DNA from: an uncultured Nitrososphaeraceae archaeon
Lineage (GTDB): Archaea > Thermoproteota > Nitrososphaeria > Nitrososphaerales > Nitrososphaeraceae
Reading direction: 5' to 3'
Assembly (NCBI GenBank): GCA_963837175.1
Contig: CAWIMJ010000006.1
Location: 1 to 28,288, forward strand
DNA length: 28,288 nt
Position numbers and translations under genes: made by a program. The number at the start of each line of letters is the position of its first letter. Position 1 is the first letter of the stretch. Below the pieces are notes generated by a model that worked only from the letters and a program-made list of their open reading frames with translations, was not told the origin of the DNA and did no database searches. Below are positions 10,019 to 19,285 of the stretch, in pieces.

Positions 10019-11046
10019 ATTGGTATCGATCCAAGCAGAGTTCTGCGAATATCTTCCGATGCAAGCTCTATTACATCATAGTTATTCAATACATGACTTC
10101 TAAGACATGATATCTCGGTACTAGTAAAGGTCGAAATGTGATGTGCAAGTCGCAATGTCTCAGGATATCCTCCTGCAATTGAATCATTTCCAAGTAACTT
10201 TCCGAGGGTTTCGTTTATGTTACCATTATTTGTAACAATATCTGCACGCAGTACATGACTATTATTGTTTCCAAACTTTATAAGAAGGTTAGTACCTATA
10301 GTATTTCGAATTAAGCTTTTGACAATCATTTCCACATTCATATAGGCTGGACTGCGGATCTTTGTGAGAGGACTAGATACTCTATCCAGAATTTTAATAT
10401 TAGTACTTTTGCTGATCCCCACTACCGAATTCTTATAAAGTAAGCAATTTTCTGCTACGTTGATGATACCCTGAGTCTTATTCTCAAACAAAGATGATTT
10501 CAATGAACCATCTACAAGAATTATGGCTTTTGTAAAATGACTTGAAAGTTCCATCTGGATTGCTCTCTCTACTCGTATTCTAATTAATCGTTTGGCAGAC
10601 TCACTATCGAATAAGACAAGCTTTGCTAATCTATGATCAAGTTCTGATTGCTTTATAGATTCCTCGCTCAAATAGAACAATAGTGGACCAATTTTAAAAT
10701 GCATTAATGCATGTTCAGCCACTGATATTGTTATTCCACTTTTTACCGCATAAAGAACACCATCCTCGGTTTCTGCAATTTGGATGCTGCTAGAATCAAT
10801 TGCAGCAACGATCGTATTCTCCTTAATTGGTTGAATAGTCATTATTGTTTCTGCACAATAAGGGTTGGGCCTTTTACCCCAACCTTCTATCGGAACAAGA
10901 TTTTTCTCATCAACACTGAAAATAATTTTTTTTCCTCTCAGTACTCGATGAAGTTCACTTGGCAAACAATGTCCAAGCGTTCGGTCAAACATATAGCCAA
11001 TTTTGGTCAAATTTATGTCATTTGGAATTTTTAACTGTGTTGCCAT
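10015..11046 (-). CDS. nurA: NurA-family nuclease
   Basis: AAIDSS, ILVDGSL, VGISKST and GYPETLRLAH are NurA motifs; translationally coupled to herA. Start uncertain: ATG 11046 preferred, with 11073 or the track's 11139 as alternatives. Confidence 0.85.
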   Translation of the reverse strand: MATQLKIPNDINLTKIGYMFDRTLGHCLPSELHRVLRGKKIIFSVDEKNLVPIEGWGKRPNPYCAETIMTIQPIKENTIVAAIDSSSIQIAETEDGVLYAVKSGITISVAEHALMHFKIGPLLFYLSEESIKQSELDHRLAKLVLFDSESAKRLIRIRVERAIQMELSSHFTKAIILVDGSLKSSLFENKTQGIINVAENCLLYKNSVVGISKSTNIKILDRVSSPLTKIRSPAYMNVEMIVKSLIRNTIGTNLLIKFGNNNSHVLRADIVTNNGNINETLGKLLGNDSIAGGYPETLRLAHHISTFTSTEISCLRSHVLNNYDVIELASEDIRRTLLGSIPI

Positions 11047-11135
11047 GTTGTTCAACAATAGAATAACGTCCATATTTATTAATGTTGTGCAACATGGACA
11101 ATATGAATAGGCAACAAGTTTATGTTGATCAACTG
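11045..11135. promoter_or_regulatory. Three palindromic operator-like sites, consensus ATGTTG-N2-CAACAT
   Basis: ATGTTGttCAACAA 11045-11058, ATGTTGtgCAACAT 11082-11095 and ATGTTGatCAACTG 11122-11135, between divergent gene starts. Confidence 0.6.
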
Positions 11136-11157
11136 TCAACTGTCAACGATTGTATAA

Positions 11158-11682
11158 TTGCATGATGAACAATCTCAACCTTCCCCCGATGAAGTCAAAA
11201 TAAGATTAAAACACCGGGACTGGGATGTTGAAATAACTTGTCTTGAAAGTAAGGTCAAACAAGTAGTAGAGAATGTTCTTTCTGGTATCGATAAATCATA
11301 TACCAATATCGATCCTACTCTGAATAATCGGCTTAATGAAGTAAGAAAAGAGATTGACTCCCTAAAATTGCAGATCAGTTCAAACAACAATAATCAAAGA
11401 CATACAATAAATACGATAGAGTTACAACGCCAGAATATACCAAAGGGAGGAACAACATGTAGAGGATTACTTGAAATACTACTACAAGAAGGGTATTTCA
11501 AAACAGAAAAGCATTTAGGTGAAGTTCATGAAGAACTATCCAGACGTGGATACAATTATGACAGAACTGCCGTGTCACATTCACTTACAGATATGGTAAG
11601 AGAAAGTATCCTAACCAGACTTGGAACAATGAGAAATTATCAATACATTCAGAAGAGACCACCTTATGAATCGTCACTCTGA
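11158..11682 (+). CDS. Hypothetical protein with a C-terminal winged helix-turn-helix
   Basis: LLQEGYFKTEKHLGEVHEELSRRGYNYDRTAVSHSLTDMVRESILTR...YQY is wHTH-like; short coiled-coil-like middle; TTG start. Confidence 0.75.
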   Translation: MHDEQSQPSPDEVKIRLKHRDWDVEITCLESKVKQVVENVLSGIDKSYTNIDPTLNNRLNEVRKEIDSLKLQISSNNNNQRHTINTIELQRQNIPKGGTTCRGLLEILLQEGYFKTEKHLGEVHEELSRRGYNYDRTAVSHSLTDMVRESILTRLGTMRNYQYIQKRPPYESSL

Positions 11683-12261
11683 TTAGGAGGATAAAGAGGA
11701 TTTTGTCTTTCTGGAGATTGTAGATCCCAACCAGTGAATACCTGAGGTAGTGATTCTATAAACTACAGATTCGTTTTCATCCCTTGTATTCTCCCTTATC
11801 ACATATCCTGCTTTTACCAATTCAGATAGCCGTGAGCTAACAGATTTTGGATTGAGTGAAGTTGCAGATTGAATTTCGGATACCTGCATTCCATCATCTG
11901 AATATTTGCCAAGGTCTTTTGCAATTTTTGAGGCTACCAATTGTAAGCCAACCATCTCTTTATCAGATATTTTTTTTGTACTATATTCTACTGTATCCGG
12001 GATTACTCTTGGGCCTTCTGGAGTAATTTTAATTAAATTTGAATATGTATCTATGAGATCAGTAACTGCATAATTTAGTGAAATTTTCTTTGCCAAATCG
12101 ATTGCTGGAACTTGTTTTGTTAGAAAGGTGATTACAGAAGTAAGGACCGATTCAGCAGAACCATTGAACTGTACCTTTATATCACCTACGATTACTGATA
12201 CGTTAACACTTGAGTCAAGATTGTTCTTAGCGTTATTATTATTTTGAGCCATCTTTACCAC
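11683..12261 (-). CDS. Winged-helix (MarR/ArsR-like) DNA-binding protein
   Basis: MQVSEIQSATSLNPKSVSSRLSELVKAGYV...YRITTSG is a typical wHTH. Start is GTG 12261 or ATG 12252. Confidence 0.8.
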   Translation of the reverse strand: MVKMAQNNNNAKNNLDSSVNVSVIVGDIKVQFNGSAESVLTSVITFLTKQVPAIDLAKKISLNYAVTDLIDTYSNLIKITPEGPRVIPDTVEYSTKKISDKEMVGLQLVASKIAKDLGKYSDDGMQVSEIQSATSLNPKSVSSRLSELVKAGYVIRENTRDENESVVYRITTSGIHWLGSTISRKTKSSLSS

Positions 12262-12729
12262 ATCTTAAGATGAAATCTTTTTTCATCTATCTCCTTGTCC
12301 GTCACACACAAATGCAGTCCTAGAAGTATATACATATTCTTATTTTGATAAAAAAGTATATATACAATGCCTAAGAGAAAATCCTGTTGTGGCTTACCAT
12401 GGTATTTAATTTATAATAGTTTTGATTCCTCAAAATATAGGCATAATGATCCTCATCAACTATACAAAGTATATCCTCTGTATGATTTTATATCACATAT
12501 ACAATAGTGTGTCAAAAAAATGTTTATGTAATTTTGATTTCTGTTTATCTTTTTCTAGATACTGCTACAAGTGTAAAGCAATTTTAAAATTAATAAGTCT
12601 AACGTAGATTAATTGCTATATACTTTTCATTTCTAAGAAGCTATTATTTAAAATTAAGAAATAAGAAGGATGTTATCATAATAATAGGCAATAAGAAGGT
12701 TGAATAAAGATTGAAAGAATCATGTATTC

Positions 12730-13730
12730 TTACGATACTCCAATCCATCCTAGCCTACGGAAATACCAAATCATCAATAATGCAGAGAATGTGGAGATTA
12801 TCAATATAACTATCAAAGTTGTATACGTACCAAAGAAGGTCCAAGAGCCTGTTTCAATGCCGCCAGGTAAATTGACATTCATTCCATAAAAAGCGCCTAT
12901 CACTGTAGCAGGAATTGACAAAGTAAATAGAATTGTAAGAACTGCAAGTATTTTGTTAGTTTTTTCGGTGCTAAGCATAAAATCTGTATCTTTATAAATT
13001 TCTATAGTCTCTTTAGATTCTTCTAGAGCTTCTAAAACCTTATCTATATGATCTTTTACGTCATCAAAGTAAAGTGTAAGGTCTTCTTCTGAGAATTTCT
13101 GTATATCCTTAGTTATCTCCAATACAATTCTTTTTAGTGGAATGACAACGCGTCTGAGTGTTGTTATTTCTCTTCTTAAAAGCGAAATCTCCTTTGCAAC
13201 TGCTATTTTATCATCAAATACAGCATCCTCTATATCATCCAGATTTCCTACTACTTTCATCAATATATGTAAAAGATCATCCACTAATACATCGATTATA
13301 CTATGAAGCAGATAGCCAGATGACCTTCCCATTAAGGCTTGCCTCTGCTCATAACTTTTCTTGCAAATTTGAAACATCTCTGTTAGTGGCTTAAGGTCAC
13401 CCTGATGCACAGTAACCAAATAATTCATTCCTGCAAAGATTGATAATTGGCTAAATCGAGGTATTCCTTTTTCTTTGTGCGAAGTCGGAAAATGTAATAT
13501 AATAAATATATGATCTTCATATCTGTCTATCTTTGTAATATTAATTTTAGAAAGGCAATCTTCAAGATTTAGCTCATTGAAAGGAAATTTTCGTCAAGTA
13601 TATCTATTTTATTGCGAGTAGGTTTTTCAATGTCTATCCACAAATTCCCGTTATTGTTTATTTTTTCTACATGTTCTTGGATAGAACCTTCTTCCATTTT
13701 AATACATTTTCCGATAGACTTTTCTACCAT
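12730..13730 (-). CDS. corA: CorA-family Mg2+/Co2+ transporter, frameshifted near 13594
   Basis: YGMN signature and two C-terminal TM helices. The N-terminus (LWIDIEKPT) lies in another frame and joins FPFNELNLEDCLSK...KIDRYED if one base is restored near 13590-13596. Confidence 0.9.
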
Positions 13731-13766
13731 TAGAAGCTTGCCCTTATTTTTGACAATATGTAGACC

Positions 13767-14250
13767 GGCTCTGTTAACTTAACAAAAAAAATAGCTATAG
13801 ATATCCTTTTCTTTATATTGATATATGCAAAAAAGAAATAGAACATATACCAAAGATATTGGTTATGGGTTTATACTTATAATTTCTTGGTCTTATAGAA
13901 ATATCACAAAAGCATTATCAAAGAGATTTATAAAAAGAAGTCATGTTTCTATATGGAAGTGGGTTCAAAACTACAAACCAGAAAGAATATCTTTCAAAAG
14001 AAAAAAATATCAGAATTTATAATTGATGAAACACACACAGATTAAAGTTGGACAAGATTACTTTAGAGATTTGGGTTATTATTGACTCTGCAAATAAGAC
14101 TGTCCTTGGAATCCACATTCTTTAGAAAGGAATATGCTTATTACAGAAGAATTTCTGCATTCTATATGATAAACAAATACGGAAAACATCCAGTCTCAGA
14201 CGGTGGTACGTGGTATCCTCAAACTGTTAAATTTATTATAAGGTTAAACA
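13767..14250 (+). mobile_element. Truncated, degenerate IS6-family element
   Basis: Left end GGCTCTGTTAACTT at 13767. Transposase fragments RNRT, RSHVSIWKWVQ, ISEFIIDET, IKVG, ERNMLI and KYGKHPVSDGGTWYPQ in shifting frames. The C-terminal part and right end were not found. Confidence 0.82.
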
Positions 14251-14257
14251 GATAAGA

Positions 14258-14557
14258 CTATGTCCTATTAGCTGTGGTATTTGTACTATTTTCTTTAAAA
14301 TTTCTTAGCGATGGAGGAGTTTGTAGTTCGGCTGGATCTTTCACGACTTCTTCAGCTGGAAGACCATACTTTTCTCTCAGAATTCTTTGCTGCTCTGCTA
14401 AAACATCTTCTGAAAAAGTTGGCCCTATATGACCAAACCACATCCATAATATTATAACTGCGGCTAAAGATAGCCCCATGACCAATATTGCCCAACCGAT
14501 AGTAGTAAGATTATGATGTTCATGCAAGCCTTGGTCTTTATCGTGATTCGCACACAT
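14258..14557 (-). CDS. Small single-pass membrane protein of unknown function
   Basis: His-rich N-terminus, one TM helix (IGWAILVMGLSLAAVIILWMWF), then LREKYGLP...PPSLR. Confidence 0.7.
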   Translation of the reverse strand: MCANHDKDQGLHEHHNLTTIGWAILVMGLSLAAVIILWMWFGHIGPTFSEDVLAEQQRILREKYGLPAEEVVKDPAELQTPPSLRNFKENSTNTTANRT

Positions 14558-15059
14558 AATACAACAATGTTAAATAATGATTGCTTTTAAAAATATTCGC
14601 TTTTGATATATGTCTATATATATTATCAGCTAATCAAACTAAATAAACTTTTGATATAAGAGAGACAGTACATCCATTAATATACTATAATTCAGAATTT
14701 TTTTTAAAATTTTATTGATTATTTTCATTAACTATATTTTTTTAAATTTTGTTCACTTAAACTGAGTTTGATTATTCTATAACGATAATTGCATGATTTA
14801 TCATTGATTGCGATTGTTGTTGTTGACTCACAAGTGATAGTTATAATCGAAATGACATCAGATATGGCAGATAAGCTAAAAGTATTGGTGAATATTACAC
14901 AAATGATATGATTTGTCTATTTATATTTTAATTATTCTCTTATTCTATGTCAATAAAATGTCGCTTTTATTACCCAAAATTAGATTAGGAAACCCTCCTT
15001 ATGCTTTTAGATGTCAACTGAAGTGTTTCATAAAAAGATACTGCTCTTTATGTGTATAT

Positions 15060-17415
15060 TTACATTCTCAAATTATGCATAATGCAAAGATCTTTTTTAA
15101 ACGCATCTAATTCTATAGGAAGGGCAACATCAATCGGATCTTTTAGTGAAAGTGGCTTTCCAGTTTTCCTTGAAATGGATTGTTTTTTCTTATTCCATAC
15201 TCGCGAATTGAAATCGATAATATGTTGAGTATACTTCCTCATCTCTAGTTGATATTTTTGCTTTTGGGGCATACCTAGTAGATGAATGCTTTGCGTACTG
15301 TACATCTTTGTCCAGAGCTCTTCTGTGATAAATGGACATAGAGGCGCGAGCAATTTTAAAATTGTCGATAGACACTTGTGCAAAGTAAATATAGCAGATT
15401 TCTGACCGAGAGAATCATTTATATCATATACGCGACCTTTTACCATTTCTACATAATGGGCAGCAAATAGATTCCAGGTAAATTCTCTAATTGCATTGGC
15501 CGGAATAAAGAAGTTAAAATCCTCATAACCTTTTTCGCATTCTTCAACCAGATTTGACAATTCTGCAAGAATCCATTTATCTGAGGCAGCAAGCTCGTGT
15601 GTAGGAGCTTCTAAAATAAAATCAAACGATGAGAGAAATCTACCTAAATTCCATAGTTTGGAAAGAAACTTTTGTGCGCTTAGAATTCTCTGTTCTGAAC
15701 ATCGAAAATCATGACCCAAATTAGCCTCAATTGCAGACCAAAACCTGAAAGTATCTGCGCCATAGCGATGAACGATAGGAAATGGATCAATTACATTACC
15801 TTTACTCTTGCTCATTTTTTCGCCTTTTTCATCAACTCCATATCCCATAATCCAAGCATCTGACCATGCAAGTTGACCTGTCAATTGGTAACAGCGCAGC
15901 ATCGTGTAATAAAGCCATGTTCTTATAATATCTTTTGCTTGGGGCCTTATTTCTGTCGGATAGGTGTGTTTATAAAATTCTTGATCACTTTTATATTTTG
16001 TAATGAATAATGGAGTAATGCTAGAGTCCATCCAAGTATCAAATGTTCTATCTTCACCAATAAATTCAGTATTAGCACACTTATTACATCGTTCAAATGG
16101 CGGCTTTTCTTTCCATGGCCTATAATATTTACCCGGTTTAGGAAGATTCGGAGTTTTGCAATTGTTGCAATACCATATTGGAATTTCTGTGCCATAGAAC
16201 CGTCTTCTTGAAACAGGCCAATCTATTGCTACTGAATCTAGCCAATTGAGCAGGATTTGTTTATGTGTCTCAGGATGGAACTTAATTTTCGTTGTAAGCT
16301 CTTTTAACTGCGGGATGAAATCTAGCTGCTTTACAAAATAATCTTGTAATGGTATTATTTCAATTGGTGTTTTGCTTCTCTCACACAACGGTGTCCTATG
16401 CATTATGTTTTCTTCCTTTGATAAAAGTCCTGCATTTTTCAAATCTTCAATAATTCTTGTTCTTGCCTGGTTTACCCGAAGGTTACTATATGGTCCGGCA
16501 GCACTAGTAGTCATTCCATTTGAATTTAAAGCCACTATTTCTTTCAATCCTAACTCTCGGAATAATTGTACGTCATTCTGATCACCATAACTACATACCA
16601 TTACAGCACCAGAACCAAAGTCAGGTTTTGCTGAAGGATGTGGAAGAATTTTAACTTCTCTATCAAATAGAGGCAATACCGCATGTTTACTTTGCAGTCC
16701 TAAATAACGCTCATCTTCTGGATTTACAATAATAGACTGACATGCAAAAAGTAATTCTGGCCTAGTAGAAGCAATTATAATACTCTCGTTAGTTTCTCTA
16801 ATTTTGAAATTCATATAAATAAGTCTAGTTGGGATATCTTCGTAGGTAATCTCTGCATCAGCTATAGTTGTCCCACAATCGGGACAATAATTATTCGGTC
16901 TATTTGCTAGATAAACAAGTTCACGATTCCAAAGCTCAATAAAAGTGCTCTGAGTTAAAGCTCTGAATTCATCGGAATCAGTACGGTAATATTCTTTAAA
17001 ATTGCCACTTAAACCCATATTTTTCATTATCTGAATCATTTCAGCTTCTAGATCGTCAAGAGAAACCCTGCAAAGATCAAGAAATTTTTCCCTGTCCATC
17101 TGACGCATTCTCACTTTATGCTTCTTCTCGGTGTAGATTTCAACTGGTAGACCATTTCGGTCAATACCAATAGGAAACATTACATTATAGCCCATCATTC
17201 TAGCAGTCCTAGCAATCATATCTATTTGCGCATAGTGTGCTGCCAGCACCTATGTGCCATGGCCTTCCAGACGGATAGGGTGGTGGAGTATCAATTACAA
17301 AAGTCTCCTTTTCTTTTTTTATTGAAAATTTGTAAATATCATTCTCTTCCCATCTTTTTAGAATAATCTGCTCCACCGCAGGATTCCAAGATTTGTCTTT
17401 GATTTTAGGCTCCAT
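15060..17415 (-). CDS. valS: Valine--tRNA ligase, with a +1 frameshift at 17243-17244
   Basis: IDTPPPYPSGRPWHIGA, STRPELL, GSGAVMVCSYGD, DWPVSRRR, FDTWMDSS and KMSKS. Removing one G from GGT GCT G GCA GCA CAC joins the two track ORFs into WHIGAAAHYAQIDMIAR. Confidence 0.95.
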
Positions 17416-17438
17416 TTCGTTGTTTCATTTAATGCATA

Positions 17439-17452
17439 GCTATAAGGTTATT
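17439..17452 (-). promoter_or_regulatory. Putative BRE-TATA promoter of valS
   Basis: Minus strand AATAACCTTATAGC, with the TATA core about 26-31 bp before ATG 17415, as expected for a leaderless or short-leader mRNA. Confidence 0.45.
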
Positions 17453-17482
17453 AACGTTAGTATATTTTTCATATCATAGAAT

Positions 17483-17746
17483 ATGTCTAATCGATTATTA
17501 CTTTTGCATATTTTGATAATGGGAATAATCTCATTATTCTTTCTATTTACAATGGCTAGTTCCATTCTCTTGATGATGATATTCCTTGCTTCAGAAATGT
17601 CTGGAGAATTTGCTGCAAATTCTATGTGGTTAGCGATGATACCGGCATCAATAATTACAGTTATATTTTTACAAAAGGTAATAATAGGTAGACTATACGA
17701 TAGATTATACTGTATAATAGTCCATTTTCCAAATAATAATCAATAA
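17483..17746 (+). CDS. Possible small hydrophobic membrane protein
   Basis: 87-aa ORF with two or three hydrophobic segments; no family recognised. Confidence 0.35.
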   Translation: MSNRLLLLHILIMGIISLFFLFTMASSILLMMIFLASEMSGEFAANSMWLAMIPASIITVIFLQKVIIGRLYDRLYCIIVHFPNNNQ

Positions 17747-17899
17747 CAAAATTAGAAGATTATTTTTAACTTAACTAATGATATAAAAGTGCACAATAGA
17801 TAATTTAATTTTTATCAAAATATATCTCTAATAAAAGAGACAAAGGAAATTGTTGTTGTTATTGTTGTTTTATATTATGCATCCATAATATATTTATCT

Positions 17900-18562
17900 C
17901 TACTCTAGTCCTGTGTTACCACCGTCATTATTATTATTATCTTTAGTAACTAGATCACCATTCTCTCCATCTAATGGAAGATTGAAACTATTTGGCACAA
18001 AATCCTCTGCTGAAGGTATGAGAGTATTTATAGCAGTACTATCTGAAGTAGAAGAATGGCTTATATTTTCGCAGGCGGTCGAATTAGTCAAAATATCTCC
18101 TCCTTCAGTAGCGTTAAAATCTGTAACTGTATCAATTCCTACACCACAGTTAAAAGTATCTTTGCCAGGTCCTCCTGTCAGTGTATCATTACCACGATTT
18201 CCAATTAATATGTCATTATCATCATCGCCAAATATCACATCCTTTCCAGTACCACCTCTAATTCTGTCATTTCCTTTGTCACCATGGACGGTATCATCCC
18301 CTTCGCCACCTCGGATTTGATCACCCGCCTCTAGACCAGATATCACATCATCTCCTCCATAGCCATATATGTAATCTTTATCCGCAGTACCAGTTAGTGT
18401 ATCAGGTCCTGGAGTTCCTGTTACATTAAGTGCCCATACAGTTGTTAGAGAAGGTACTGGTAATATTTGGCCAATTGGGGATATTGTACCACTTAGTAAT
18501 ATTGCTGTAGTTGTCGTAGTTCCAATGATAATTAATGCCAACGTTAAAACTTCTTTTGACAT
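17900..18562 (-). CDS. Secreted or anchored protein with RTX-type (hemolysin-type) Ca2+-binding repeats
   Basis: Hydrophobic N-terminus followed by consecutive GGxGxD nonapeptides (GYGGDDVIS, GGEGDDTVH, GGTGKDVIF, GGPGKDTFNCGVGIDTVTDFN). ATG 18562 is preferred over 18622. Confidence 0.88.
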   Translation of the reverse strand: MSKEVLTLALIIIGTTTTTAILLSGTISPIGQILPVPSLTTVWALNVTGTPGPDTLTGTADKDYIYGYGGDDVISGLEAGDQIRGGEGDDTVHGDKGNDRIRGGTGKDVIFGDDDNDILIGNRGNDTLTGGPGKDTFNCGVGIDTVTDFNATEGGDILTNSTACENISHSSTSDSTAINTLIPSAEDFVPNSFNLPLDGENGDLVTKDNNNNDGGNTGLE

Positions 18563-19285
18563 ATTAACGCCTTTTATAATATTACAACAATTTATACCTA
18601 TCAATGGCAACAAACTTGTCATAGTTTGTGTATATATTTTGACCTTGTTAATACAAGAAGACGGCAGGTTTGGTTAACGTGATCTAGAAAGTGGTAATAA
18701 GGAAGAAGAGAAGGGAATTAAAAACATCAAATTATTTAAAATATTCTTAGAGATATTCTAAAACATTTATTATAGATTTTATCCAATCAGGACTAAATTT
18801 AGAACTATATAACAATAAAGCTGGCTATCAGTAAATATTTGCATATCAACAAAGCATGATGATTTAGAAGTAGCTCGTTTTCGAAAATTTTTATTTCAGG
18901 TATCCCGGTATCCATAAGTATAACAACAACAAATCAAATAATAATAATAATAACCATAATCATAATCATCTTCTTCTTCGTTATCATCATCAAAAGCCTC
19001 ACCTATGGATTCATCGCTCCTACTTTATCTCTGATCATCATCAGCATATATTTTGGATAATCTTTTTTTACCTATCCTATCATTCTATATCAAATCGTAG
19101 AAATTTGTTATTTTAATGAGCGAGGATGGAAAAAGTGTAGTATAGTAATAAGAAATATTTATTTATCCTATTTTTAAAAAGAGTCGTCGAAAAACATATG
19201 TTTAAAATGACAATATTTTTTAGCTAACACATCTTCATCTTACTAACAACATATTTGTTAAACTATGGAGAATTAGGATAATAGA

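Noticed and set aside
11045-11135. Regularly spaced 14-bp palindromes as a mini-CRISPR array
   Set aside because: The repeats are too short and variable, there are only three units, and no cas genes or leader are present; operator sites fit better.
12422-12607. 61-aa ORF, and similar ones at 14913..15110 and 27834..28049
   Set aside because: AT-rich intergenic composition with no motifs and mostly weak starts.
18890-19090. Minus-strand acidic frame (DESIGEAFDDDNEEEDDYDYGYYYYY)
   Set aside because: Interrupted by a stop, lacks a good start and is built from triplet repeats. It may be a gene relic, but this is unsupported.
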